Source: the human T2T-CHM13v2.0 reference genome, Homo sapiens
NCBI RefSeq assembly: GCF_009914755.1
Contig: NC_060945.1
Length of the DNA: 64,000 bases
Strand: one strand, 5' to 3'
Positions 1 to 13,640 of this stretch are shown here, piece after piece; the first letter of the stretch is position 1, and each line of letters opens with the position of its first letter. The position numbers were made by a program, and so were the translations under genes. The notes beneath the pieces were generated by a model. It saw only the letters and a program-made list of their open reading frames with translations, was not told the DNA's origin and ran no database searches.

Positions 1-46
1 GGGCACCATAGCCTAGTCATAGTGACACATAAAATTTAACCATCGT
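1..46 (-). mobile_element. MLT2-type (ERVL) LTR, terminal fragment at window edge
   Basis: Reverse complement reads GATGGTTAAATTTTATGTGTCACTATGACTAGGCTATGGTGCCC, matching the MLT2 5' terminus as I recall it. Confidence 0.7.
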
Positions 47-99
47 ACATAGTATATATTTTTCTTTTTTCAAACTCATATTTATTTTCTGTGTCTCTC

Positions 100-205
100 A
101 TTAAAAATCTATGTTCCATGAAGACAGGGGTTGTTGTCCGATTGTTTACTAAAGTTTTCTCACTGACCAGAACAGTGCCTGAGCACTCAGTAAATATTTG
201 TTGAC
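100..205 (+). mobile_element. L2 LINE 3' end
   Basis: TTCCATGAAGACAGGG...AGAACAGTGCCTG...CTCAGTAAATATTTGTTGA resembles the L2 3' terminus. Confidence 0.7.
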
Positions 206-562
206 CTTATTAATGCACTTGGGTTGGATTGTTGAGAGATGCTTAAAACTGATTTGGAGACCTTTGGCCCATCACCCACATCAAAATTGTAAGAGGTTCA
301 AGAGTCTAAAATAGAAGGGAGTGTCTTTGGTTGGGTTGGGGGGTAGTTTATAGTGTGCTGTGCAGCTGACTCTATTAGAAAGGATAAATCTCTGGTTAGC
401 ACAGCAGCCCAGTTGCTGAGAAGCAAGTTGTGAGCAGTGGCAGTGGAAGAGACTCCAGGAAATAGAAATCAGAGGTTGTGAGGGGAAGGGAAATCTAAAC
501 AAAATCAAAAACAGAAACAAAACCCTCGAAAGTGCCTATGGAAGAAAAGAATCAACTCCAAT

Positions 563-1287
563 TGAGAGACGAGAAAGAAAGAAATCAGCTAGTTGATTTG
601 CCAAGGGGAAGGTCCTTGGCAGAACTTCTCTTCTAACAAAAGGAAAGGAGCAGCGTAAAAGATCAAGCTGCAAGCATAGATAAGGGAAGCAAGACCCAGC
701 ACCAAAGAGTGCCTTCTGTGTGATCAGCAAGTTTTATATACATACGGGGACCCCAGTGAGCACATTCTTATCTTTTTTTGGATATACTCAGATAAGGAGG
801 CTTACACAGGAGGGCTTGCTTGGAACATGCCTGCAGCTGCACAGATAAGGAGAGTTACACTGGGACAGGCACATCCACAAGGGAAGATTCTGCCCGCTGC
901 CCCCTAACACATGTGCAGTAAGGGAAATTGAGCAACATGGAGTAACTTAGGCTAAGATCCCCCATGTGCATTGGAAGGACTGGGTGGGGGCTGTCAGGAA
1001 TTTGCACCTTATGCAGATAACATACCCAGTCCTAACCGGGTTTTCTTGCCTTATGTAGATAAAGAATCCCCTCCCCACTAGCTCGTTTATAAAATTCTTG
1101 TATTTCACTGTAGGATGGCTACCCTTTTACGGGACCCCTCTCTATCTCAGAGAGCTTTCTCTCTTTCTTTCACTTATTAAACTTCTGTTCCAACTTCACC
1201 CTTGGTGTGTCCCTGTTCCTTGATTTCCTTGGTCGCAAGACCAAGAGCTTTGGGTAGTAGGCACCCCAGAAAACAAGGCCTGTTTCA
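563..1287 (+). mobile_element. LTR9-family (HUERS-P3, ERV1) solo LTR
   Basis: TG...CA termini (TGAGAGACGAGAAAG ... TGTTTCA); perfect 4-bp TSD CAAT (559-562, 1288-1291); internal ATCAAGCTGCAAGCATAGATAAGG, TATAAAA at 1088 and ATTAAA at 1176. Confidence 0.85.
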
Positions 1288-1461
1288 CAATCACACACCT
1301 TGTCCTGATACCAGATGACAGTAACACTTGCCAACAACAAATTCTCCTTGCCGGTAATTACCTGTTCCCTAGCTCAAATCCTGGAAGGTTAGGGAAACTC
1401 ATAAATGTTTGGATAAAGAGGAAGTATAGCTAGGATAGGGTTCAGAAATTAGCCATATCGT

Positions 1462-1839
<378 letters not shown>

Positions 1840-2750
1840 TTATGTAAGAATTTTAATTATTTTATTTTACATTAGAATGGATATTTTAATTACTGACATG
1901 GATTGTTTGGGACTTAAAATACCTGGAGGAATGTTTATTTGTCAAGAGTGATTGAGAATGTTTTTACACCAGCCAAAATGTTCATCTAATGGCTTTGTAG
2001 AAGTAATGAATCTTCAGGCTTGGTTTAAAGGGGTAGTGACAAAAAAGAAAAGTTGTTTAATGCTAACACCGTCTTAAATTTAGTTCATTTAGGAGAAGAA
2101 AACACATGTAAAGGCCGTAGGGTAGTGTTAAGCAGATATGAAGAATTTAGTAACTCTTAACTATTTTTCTCAGTACCATTAGGAATGGATGTTGACTTTT
2201 ATTTGATGTATAACCTTATGTCAAATGTCCGTTACTGAAAATAAACTAGACAGAAAGCACAGATCCATGAAACCTGTCTTTATATATTTATATTCCATCA
2301 TCTCTGACCCATAACAGATGCTCAGCTATTTTTTGAGAGGATGATAATAAGAGCAAACATGACTAGCTGCCAAAGTGAATGAAACAACCATAGGCATTCT
2401 AGAATCTCAAAAAGATGGAATTGGCTAGAACATGAGAGAGGATTTAGGGAGTAGGTAGGGCTAACTGATCATTAAAGAATTAGTAAACTGTGGCTAGAAA
2501 GAATGAGTTTAGTGGAGTAGGGTGAAGATGAGGAAGAGAGAGCAGGTAATATGAAAGAACACAGGCACAAAAGTTGTACTGTTTGCCATAGGCAGAGAAC
2601 TTTGATACATCTTACTCTGAATTTCTTGTAATCAAATTAGCTGTTCAGTGAATAGGGCTTTCATGTGTTTGCAATGGTCACTTTTTTTTTAATAGCATAA
2701 TGCTCTTATGTCCAATAATGGTCACTACTTCTGGTCATCACAGTCCATTT

Positions 2751-3100
2751 CTCTCTCTCTCTCTCTCTCTGTTTTTTTTTTTCTCTTTTTTGTTTTTTTT
2801 TTTCAGACAAGTTCTTGCTCTGTCACCCAGGCAGGAGTGTAGGAGTGCAGTGGTGTGATCATGGCTGACTGCAGCCTTGACCTCCTGGCCTTAAGCAATC
2901 CCCCCACCCCAGCCTCCCAAGTAGTGGGGAGTATAGGTGCACAATATCACACCTGTCTACTTTTTTTATTTTTATTTTTTATAGAGATGGGGGTCTTGCC
3001 TTGTTGCTCAGGTTTGTCTCAGACTCTTGGGTTCAAGTGGTCCTCCTGCCTCAGCCTCCCAAAGTGCTGGGATTATGGGCATGGGACACTATGCCCAGCC
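2751..3100 (-). mobile_element. AluJ with (GA)n-containing tail
   Basis: Antisense Alu with J-type diagnostics; 13-bp TSD TCACAGTCCATTT (2738-2750) / TCATAGTCCATTT (3101-3113). Confidence 0.92.
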
Positions 3101-5057
3101 TCATAGTCCATTTTGATTATAATTGATCTGAGAAGTTTAGTTATGTAGCAAATGCACATATTTTTTAATGTCAAATGTTTTGATGTGCTAAGAGAGCTAT
3201 TTAATTTTAATTTTAACATCAAATATCTTAAAGTTGGCTAAAAATTAAAGATGGTTTAACTCAAAACATTTTAAATATAAAAGGAGTTTTGTAATTGGAG
3301 TTACAGAAAGAATATTTAAATGTCACTAGTCTAGAAACTGGAAACAAAGGTAAGGACCAGTTTTGGACCATCAAAAGATAATTTAATTAGCAAGACTCTC
3401 TGATTTTCAGGTTGTTGCTTATGTTAAATGCAACTATGTGGTGGTATATCATGGTGTATATATTTCTGGTGGAGGTGTATAACTAATCATAGTAGTTTTA
3501 CTCAAGAAACGTGTAACATTTGCAGTTGAGAAGCAAAACACATACACATTATAAAGCACAAAGCACATAAGCCCATTTATCAAATAAAAAGTTGTTTGGA
3601 TATTTCTGGTTAAAATCATTTTCTTTATAAATGCTAATTATTAGAGAATTTCTCTTGCAGACCCATTAGAAACTAGAGATATTTGTTTGACATCATGAAG
3701 GTTATCTTTCCCAAAACTTAAACTAAATTGTTAATGTAGATTGAAATGATTTGAACAAATACATTTATTTGCTTATGGATGAACAGCTATTAAGACTCTT
3801 ATTTTTCATAAGTTGCTAAGTATGTATAATATGTTAAAAAATCCTGATGGAATATTTTGAATACATTGTGTTCTGGTAATTTTACCTAAATTGTGCTTGA
3901 AGAGAATCTGTTACTTTAGTCATGTCAGCTAAAAGTAATCTTATCTTACTTTGTCAGGGAAAAAAAGGACTTCCTCAAATCAGAATGCCTAAGATATCGA
4001 ACCTGCAGAGAAGTGCCCCCACATTTGTATTTTTTTTAATTAAAGATGTAAATTATGAATATGCAAATATAACCCTGAATCACAATACATTGAAACATGG
4101 ACACATTCTTAGGTCTGCATATTTAACATTAAGATTGTGACGTATTCCCAATTATTCAGGTTCATTTGCATATAATCTGCTTTTTAGAACTGATTTAAAC
4201 AAAGACATCACAGGATGAAATAAAGCAACTTGCTTCATAAGAAAAAGTCATATTGCTGCAGAATATCTTGACAGAGGGCATGGCTGACATTTTTAATTTC
4301 TAGATGCTTGCATCTTCTGTAATTATCTTTCAGTAACTATATTCAGAAATGAAGCTGGTTTAATCACCAGCTTCATTGATGGTACAAATGACAGTATGTT
4401 ATCAGTAGTATATTTCCAAACCCACTCTGCAGTTGTATCAGCATGGAATGCAAATAAACTGTACCAGGTATATTAAAAGCTGTGAGTTATTTTCTGTAAC
4501 TCATGCTTGTTTGTTCTACTGATCAGCAGGCAGATGCTGCAGCCTAGTTATCAGGAACAAGTCCCAGCTGAGAGCACATTCCTTTTGTCTGTGCAGAATC
4601 TAATAATTATCTTCATGAGTATTGCTTAAGAGAAGGAGGAGCATCTGCTCTGTTGGTCATTAAGACAACAGACTTGGTGAAACAGTTGTGATCATCCAAA
4701 TCTACACTAAATTAACATCATTAGAATTGAGTTAATTTACTTATGCTTACAGAATGATGATTCTACAAACTATAGAACTTGCATTGATTACTAACCCATT
4801 GCAAGTTCTTAAATAACATTTATTTGTTGAAATAAAGTTAATAAAAAATCCAAACTTCTTAATGGGGAATATTCTAGAATTGACTACAATGACCAAAAGC
4901 AAAGTTATTTGAATTCTTAGAAATTGGCATTTGCTGATGCTAATTATTTTCAGGATTTTAGGTGTGTGAGACAAGTTCTGGGTGGTTGAAGAGAGATAAT
5001 TATTTTAAAGATACCTAGATTTGAGTCACAAGCAAGATTTTGAATGTTGGTGAATTC

Positions 5058-5140
5058 GCCATTTTGATAATATTAAATGAATTGGGATTATGTGTCTTAG
5101 CCATTTTGATAATATTAAATGAATTGGGATTATGTATCTT
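5058..5140. repeat. 42-bp tandem duplication (2 copies)
   Basis: GCCATTTTGATAATATTAAATGAATTGGGATTATGT(G/A)TCTT starts at both 5058 and 5100. Confidence 0.95.
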
Positions 5141-5370
5141 GTTAAAAATGCAAAAGAGTGAAGACTTTCTGTATATCAAAAAGTTTATTTTATGTCTATT
5201 AGCTGTACAGCTAAGATCCAACTAAATTGCACATTACATTTTAAGATTTCAGATCACTACTCCCCAGAGATTCTGAATCAATAGGTCAGAGAGGAATCCA
5301 GAGATCTGAATTTTTCAGCTCAGATGATTATAAGGCTACATTAGTCCCAGATCTGCAATTTGGAATAATC
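5135..5370. mobile_element. MER5-like (hAT-Charlie) remnant
   Basis: CTTGTTAAAAATGCA ... CCCCAGAGATTCTGAATCAATAGGTC ... AGATCTGAATTTT resembles MER5A/B. Confidence 0.55.
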
Positions 5371-5378
5371 AGCAGAAA

Positions 5379-5538
5379 TCTCTCTCTTTTTCCTTGGCTC
5401 TCCCTTCTTCACTCTCCCTTCTTCCTTTCTTCCCTGCCTCCCTCCCTCTCTCCCCACTCCCTCCCTCTCCCCTCCCTCTCTCCCCCCTCTCTCCCCCTTC
5501 TTCCACCCTCCCTCCCTCCCAGTCTCCCTTCTTCCCTT
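5379..5538. repeat. C/T-rich polypyrimidine low-complexity tract
   Basis: ~160 bp almost entirely C and T, with many CCC runs. Confidence 0.9.
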
Positions 5539-6809
5539 CAGAATAAACTTCCATACAACTTTCTAGCAGATATCTGTAATGATCTTATTGGTTAAAACTT
5601 CTTTAAAGTCTGTGACTAACTCAATCACTGAAAATGATTATGAATCCTAATTATTGGTTTAAACTGATCAGGTTTGATAACTAGAGCTGAGGATGAGCAA
5701 CCATGCCTAAGTCCTGTATTAAAGTGTGAACATCCATAAAAAAAAAAAAAAATGAGCTCTGAATGAAGCTAAAAAGAATATCTCAAAAGTAAGCCATACA
5801 AATTTTCTGCTAGTGTTTCTTATTTTACCAAATTTTTTTTGTGGGTATATTCTGTTTACCCCTGGTTAGGCATAATACATTAAAAAAAGAGTAGCTTTCT
5901 GATTTGTTTCTTTGAATAGGTAGAACAAATTTGTTTGGAACATAAATGAGACATTTTGAATTTTTCTATATTCCTTCTGTTCATTCTATAATATAAAAAG
6001 CATATTTAGAAAATATAAATATATTAATAAAGAAAAGATTTAGTAAATATGAGCAATATTTATTTATCATCAGTGATCAAATAAGAAAAAAGATGAGTTA
6101 TGTGTTTGGGAATTTTAGACTGTCCTTAATATTTAAACTTGCATTTGCATTTTTTGTTTTTTGCTTTAATAGCGTAAATTCAAAATGTTCCTTTTTAAAA
6201 TTACCAATTACTGTGCAGGAAATATAAATAATAAAAAAAGATAAATTATTCAAGATAAGATAATCAGGTTTCTGCTTTTTATGTTTTCCTTTGTGTGTGT
6301 GTGCCTCCCATTTCCTTGTTTGTCACTGTTTTCCATACACTACTTATCTCAAAAGAAAGAAGCCACTAGTTGGTCAAATTGCTTTATACCTTCCTCTACT
6401 GTATCTGCACATATTTCATACTGCATACTGCACGAAGCAAGCATGCTAGGAATAGAAAATGAAGACACTTCAAGATGTTATGCTTTCTCAGCAGGTATCT
6501 GATTGGTGGAATGTTTATTTAGATGTATATATGTTTGTTCCTACTCGTTAACCAAGGTGATCGCAATAAGAAACTGAAGTCATTTCAAGGTGATAAATGA
6601 CACTGTCATCCAAAAAGCACGTCTCATTTTTTTGTCTTTTTTTTTAGTTTAATGCATATTACTAGGTCACATTGATTATGTAGCTTAGCATGGGATATTT
6701 ATATTGCTTTTCCTTAAAATTGATACATTGCTCATGGTGATGATAAATAGATCCTTGTAATCATATTATGGCAGATTGGCACAGGAAAACATTGAATTAA
6801 TTTAATCAT

Positions 6810-7272
6810 TTAGGCATTGTATTCAGGTAGCAACAAAAAGCTGCCTTACATGAATTATAAATGTAATGTTTTCTCAAGTACAAGAAATTCAGAGTAGAGA
6901 GTTCCAGATTAGAGGGCCAGGATGCCATCAAAGAGAGTGCTAACTCTTTAACATCATGCTTGTTCTTAATTTTAATATAACTCTCATTTTCATGCTGTTT
7001 AGATGGCCGCAAAAACTCCAGCCATCACATGGGTGTTTCAGGCAGGAAGAAGGGCATGAGCAAAAGGAGAAGTATTCTGGATGGCTGAGCCCATGTGCAT
7101 TTCTTTCTGACTTCTGTCTTCAATTTATTGGCCAAAATGTGATATATGATAAGAGAAGATGAGATAACAATTATTATTTAAAAGCGGGCCTTCCTAACTT
7201 TACAAGCAAAAGCAGAATTTTGTGCTAAGAAAGAAGAAAATACATTTGGTGAGCATTTAGCAGTCTTGCTGC
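6810..7272 (-). mobile_element. Old MLT1 (J/K-like) MaLR LTR, degraded
   Basis: CAGCCATCACAT..CAGGCAGGAAGAAGG, TTATTGGCCAAAATGTGA and terminal GCATTTAGCAGTCTTGC motifs. Confidence 0.5.
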
Positions 7273-7559
7273 ATTTATCAGTGAAAGAGAAACTTGTCTT
7301 GATAATCAGCTTACTCTGAATAAAAAAAAGATAACATAAGTGGGGAAAATAAGGTTCAAAATTCAAGGTATCTCTAAGTGGGAAATGGCCTGGAGAGAGG
7401 AGAAAAGGTTAAGAAGTATGTCTAACTTTCCGTTTAGGGTTGCCAAAATCACATCTGCTTTCACTGGATCAACTAATATTCCTATTCTAATAACTGTCAG
7501 AATTATGTGTATATATATATACTTTTTTTTCATTCTCCTCCATTTGTTGTTCAGAGGAT

Positions 7560-8790
7560 GTAGACAGTTGACTCCCTGGTGTCATCTAATTAATATTCAA
7601 CATTTGCAAAACTGGACTTTATTTCTTCCCTTCTTGCCTTCTGTCTGCCTTTTTTCTTTTCAACTTTGAAGTTCTGAGGTACATGTGCAGGATGTGTAGG
7701 TTTGTTACACAGGTAAAAGTGTGCCATAGTGGTTGCTACACAGATCAGCCCATCACCTGGGTATTAAAACCAGCATCCATTAGCTATTCTGATGCTCTCC
7801 CTCCCCCTGCCCCCGCAAAATGCCCCAGTGTGTGCTGTTGCCCTCCATGTGTCCATGTATTCTCATCCTTCAGTTCCCACTTACAAGTGACAACATGCAG
7901 TGTTTGGTTTTCTGTTCCTGTGTTAATTTGCCGAGGATAACGGATTCCAGCTCTGCCCATGTCCCTGCAAAGGACACGATCTCATTCCTTTTTATGACTG
8001 CATAGTATTCCATGGTGTATATGTACCACATTTTCTTTGTTTAATCTATCATTGGTAGGCATTTGGGTTGATTCCATGTCTGTCTACCTCTTAATTTCAG
8101 GAACGTTCTGCTACTCAGTCTTAAAACTCCACAGTTGGTGTTGGTTTCATTTTCTTTCTTACTTCTCATACCCAGTTCTTTTTAAACTCCTGTGGTTTCT
8201 ACCTCCAAAATTCCTTCTGTCACTCATTCTTCTCTTGTTACTACCACTATCCTGAGTGAGGTCCTGCAATGTGCATTACCCAGCGAACTATTTTCTAACT
8301 TGCAATTATACCAATTTCTTAATGACAGACATGGAAAGAATTACAATTGCTAATAAAATTTTTTAAACTCACAGTATCTTTCAAGCCTCCCAATAATATC
8401 ACTCTAAAATATTTTCCATCTCTAATGTATATTATTCCTCTATGCTGACCTTCAGTCCAGCCATACTTACTTGTTTTCCAAATATCTCCTCTTTCTCCAA
8501 CATCAAGACTTTTTGCTCACAGTTTACACTTCTGCCTCGTCATCTCTCACTACTCTTTCCACCTGTTGACATTTTATTCATTCATCAAGTTCAAACTCAA
8601 CATCGCTTTTTCCATAAGAGCTTTGATGATTTTTGCAACTTGCTAAGGTTTCTCCTTTCTTTTGGCCTCCACAACATTTTATTTTTCCTTTTTAAAGCTA
8701 TTCAACGTATTTGAATTTTAATATAAGTGATTAGGTAGTCTTAGATCTCATCAGCTAGATTACATTTAACAGAAAAGAGGGATAACTACA
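7560..8790 (+). mobile_element. L2 remnant interrupted by an L1PA
   Basis: CAACATTTGCAAAACTGGACTTTATTTCTTCCC before the L1; L2-like TTCTACCTCCAAAAT and CAAGTTCAAACTCAACATC after it. Confidence 0.55.
7651..8078 (-). mobile_element. 5'-truncated older L1PA (about PA10-13) 3' end
   Basis: GGTACATGTGCAGGATGTGTAGGTTTGTTACACAGG... L1 3' UTR antisense; TSD TCTGTCTGCCT (7640-7650) / TCTGTCTACCT (8079-8089). Confidence 0.9.
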
Positions 8791-8808
8791 TATTCTTTTT
8801 ATGCTCAG

Positions 8809-8811
<3 letters not shown>

Positions 8812-8840
<29 letters not shown>
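8812..8840. repeat. (TA)n microsatellite
   Basis: About 14 uninterrupted TA units. Confidence 0.95.
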
Positions 8841-8843
<3 letters not shown>

Positions 8844-9393
8844 TATGTATATGCCCAGAATTGTGTACACTTCGGTCGCGTGAATCATAACTAAGGCATT
8901 CAAGACAAAGCCCTGACTCTTACCAGAGTCTAACCTCTGGTTATCACTCAATGTGGCAGTTTAAGTGAAGAAGGACTTACGAAAATAAGACCAGACAGGA
9001 AGGGCAGCACTCAGCAGAATATCTCTGTGTTCAGGTCTCCAAAGATACATGTGATATCACTAATCAACATGATATTTACCTCATGAAATTATACTAAATA
9101 TTAGATAATGACTGTGAAATTATTACTGGAACATTAGTGTTTTAAAAATATTTCTAATTGTAAACATAGGTGGAGTTAGGTTGCCAGGACACTGTAATAG
9201 CATTTGTTGATAAATGTAAACCCAGAATTTTAAAATAAGAAAATTATGCATATAGCAATTGTTACAAATTATATTTACTCTTATTTTAAGTGGTAACTGG
9301 TTGGAGAAACAGAGATATGTATGCTTTTTAAAATTCCTCTTTGAGGTCAGTAGGAAGACAGATTGAATCTCTATTAGAAAGCAGCAAATTTTC

Positions 9394-9720
<327 letters not shown>

Positions 9721-9899
9721 TCACTAGTCACTGGGGAATAAATGTTGAAAGCATTTAAAACTAAAAAGAAGGTATTTTCTATACCTCTTATTAATATAAT
9801 TGACTTATATCCCTCTATACCCCAAAACAGAATAATTATACTTATTATATATGTACGCAGGTGATTATTTAAACATTTTCTACTTAATGCAAGACACTA

Positions 9900-11500
9900 C
9901 TTCTCTTAGTGCCTAGCAATTCCATTACTATTAAGCCTATTACTAAAGCCACCTGGGAGTTATAGTTAGTTATCTATATCTAAAAACATAAACTTCAGAT
10001 TCATATATTGAACTCCTATACAACATTTTCATTTGTACCATTTTAAAGTTAGCATGTTCAAATGTTGACATCATTCTGTTCTACCCCTTGTTTCCCCATC
10101 TCAGTTAATAAAAATGTCACTCTTCTAAAAGCTCAAAGTCAAAATCCTTGACTTCATTTCACACTCTACTCTCAATCCATTTGCAATTTTTTTTTTTTTT
10201 TTACCTTCAAAAGATATCCAGAATTGGTCATTTACTTCTATTTCTTCTGCTAAGCCTAGTCTAAAAAGTATAATGCCTTCCCTGGATTACTGAAACATTC
10301 CCCTAAATGGTTTTACTGGTGTTTCATTTGCCATAATTCAATCTATTCTCAAAAGAGAAGTCACTGATATCCATTAAAAATAATAGTCATGGCCCCTCTC
10401 GACTTCACTCTAATGTCTCCCTAGCCATCTAGAATAACAGCAAAATTCTATATATGGGCTTACCCAATCCTGTCTGTTCTAGTGCTCATGTACCTAACTT
10501 GAATTTGTATCCACTAAGTCCATCCCAAAGACTGGCCTTGAACTCTTGCAACCAGTGATGTCCTAGAATTCCATATGAGTGTTAATGATTACATTTGCAG
10601 GAACTTTAAAAATCTATTATTAAATCAGGCCAGTATTAAATATTAAATTATATAAAACAAAATTTTAAAAATATATATTGAAAAACATAAGTAATATATG
10701 TCTAAAACTCATCATTTACTATTTTACTCTTCACTATATTCTGGAGGTTATTCACGTCTATCATGTCTGTATACACACTATTGTATTTACATGGTAAATA
10801 TATAAATAAAATATAGTTGTCCCAACCACAATCGTACAACGGTGTGCTACTGTACATTTGTTTCCAGCTCTGTATTCAGTGATTTCATGTTGGTAAGTTG
10901 AAACTAACTATGGTCAGAGTATTTTCAACACAAAGATTCAGAGAGCAATATAAATCAGGGGTCTTTCTTTAACCCCAACCACAACACTTATTATTAAAAA
11001 CCTTCATCAGTGCATAGAGCACACCATTAATTTGCATTTGTCTTTGTCTAGAAAGCTCTTCTTTTGGATAGTTCCATAGATGCCTTTCACGTATACACTA
11101 CATTTCTTCTCAAATATACTTTCTCTGACACATTTTCCAAACATCCTATTATAAATAACATCTCACCCTTGCTCCTTTGTGGCCTCTTTTTCTTCATGGC
11201 CCTTATTTGTGATCTAATATCTAATATATTTATAATAAAATATTTTTATTATGTATATATTCCTTCATTTCCCCATGCTTATGTAGACTTCAAGCGAGCC
11301 AAGAATTTTGGATGTATGCTCTAGCACTTAGGATGGAACTTACAATTATACTTAAAAGATGCTTAATTATTTTTCAATTTGGTGCTTTCTAAAAGTTTAT
11401 CTTCTGATCTGTTGTTTTTTTCAGCAGGTATTCATATTGTCTGAAAATTAAGCCTATATTAGTGAATAAAAAAGTTTCAATAAATACTGACGAAAGAAAG
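9900..11500 (+). mobile_element. L2 (L2a-like) remnant interrupted by MER63
   Basis: CCCCATCTCAGTTAAT, CCTTCAAAAGATATCCAGAAT, CCTGGATTACTG and terminal TCAATAAATACTGACGAAAGAAAGAAT. Confidence 0.6.
10552..11010. mobile_element. MER63 (hAT-Blackjack) DNA transposon
   Basis: ATTAAATTATATAAA..AAAACTCATCA..GAGGTTATTCACGTCTAT..GGTGTGCTACTG..TTCAGTGATTTCATGTTGGTA matches MER63B as I recall it. Confidence 0.75.
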
Positions 11501-11599
11501 AATATGCTAACCATGTTCTTTTGACTTAATAAAAATATTAGAAATTAATAACTAAATCATATATATTTGAAGACCAAATTTCCAGTTATAAATTATCCT

Positions 11600-11950
11600 A
11601 CATAAAAACAAATCACAGTATAAATTAAGAAATATTTAGGACATGAGGTTAAAGTAATATATAAGATGTATTACTACAACTAAATAAGATAAGCTTTTAT
11701 TTTAAATGTTGGGGAAAGGAGATAAAATCATAAAGTTAGAAATAAAAATTTAAAAGGTAAGAAAAACAAATACATAGACAAAATTAGAAATTAATAAAAC
11801 CAAAAATTTGGTTCTTTGAAAAATATATGACTTTTAAAAGATCTTTGAAATAAATGAATAAGAAAATAACGTAAGATAAACAAAATATAGAATGATGAAA
11901 CATAAATGACCGTAAGCACCATAAAAATAATATTTAAAATGAAATTAAGT
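11600..11950 (+). mobile_element. Ancient L1M ORF2 remnant
   Basis: A-rich sequence with AATAAAACCAAAAATTTGGTTCTTTGAAAA (the L1 ORF2 KSWFFEK region). Confidence 0.5.
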
Positions 11951-12068
11951 GGATACAGTATTAATGAAAGTATTTTACTTTTATATACATATATACAGTA
12001 TTAGTAAAAATAAAAGCATAAATATTAGCAAACTATAATATTCTATTGAAATATTGTATAGTGATCAG

Positions 12069-12434
12069 TGATGTGGTTTGGCTCTGTGTCCCTTCCCAAA
12101 TCTCACCTTGAATTATAATCCCCAGGTGTCAAGGCAGGGAACTGGTAGGAGGTGATTTGATCATGGGGGAAGTTTCCCCCATGCTGTTCTCATGGCAGTG
12201 AGAGCGTTCTTATGAGATCTGATGGTTTTAAAAGTGGCAGTTTCCCTTATGTGCTCTCTCTCACCTGCCACCATGTCAGACTTGCTGTGCTTCCCCTTCA
12301 CCTTCTGCCATAATTGTAAGTTTCCTGAGGCCTCCCTAGTCATGTGGAACTGTGAATCAATTAAACCTACTTTGTTTATAAATTGTCCAGTCTCAGGTAG
12401 TATCTTTATAGCAGTGTGAGAATGAACTAATACA
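12069..12434 (+). mobile_element. THE1D-like MaLR solo LTR
   Basis: TGATGTGGTTTGGCTCTGTGTCCC...GAACTAATACA, 366 bp, with ATTAAA poly-A signal. Confidence 0.9.
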
Positions 12435-12710
12435 GTAAGATTGATAAAAACTATCCTCTCTTTGCAAAGAAGCAATATTTAGGTAATACTTGTTTAGTTT
12501 GAAAATTTCTTAATGATCAGAATATACATAGATGTATTCTGTACACATCTACAGAATCTACGTGAATCTTGAATGACAGTCTGAGTGTATTACAATACAG
12601 AGATTTTAAACAATCTGCCTCAAAGGTGAGTATTTGAAAAAATGTTAAACTGTTTCAGTTTTCTTCTCCTTCTAAGTTACTATTACGGACTATTATTCAT
12701 AGTTCGGAGG

Positions 12711-13480
<770 letters not shown>

Positions 13481-13551
13481 ATTATTTTTATTATTATTAT
13501 TTGTAAAGATAAAATATAATTTGTAAAGATAATAATAATAAGACCAGCTGT

Positions 13552-13640
13552 ATTAGCCAAGCTGGTCTTGAACTCCTGGCCACAAGAAGTCCTTCTGCCT
13601 TGGCCTCCCAAAGCTCTGGGACTATAGGCATGAGCCCCCT
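13552..13640 (-). mobile_element. Alu left-arm/FLAM fragment
   Basis: GCTGGTCTTGAACTCCTGG..CCTTGGCCTCCCAAAG..GGGACTATAGGCATGAGCC. Confidence 0.8.
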
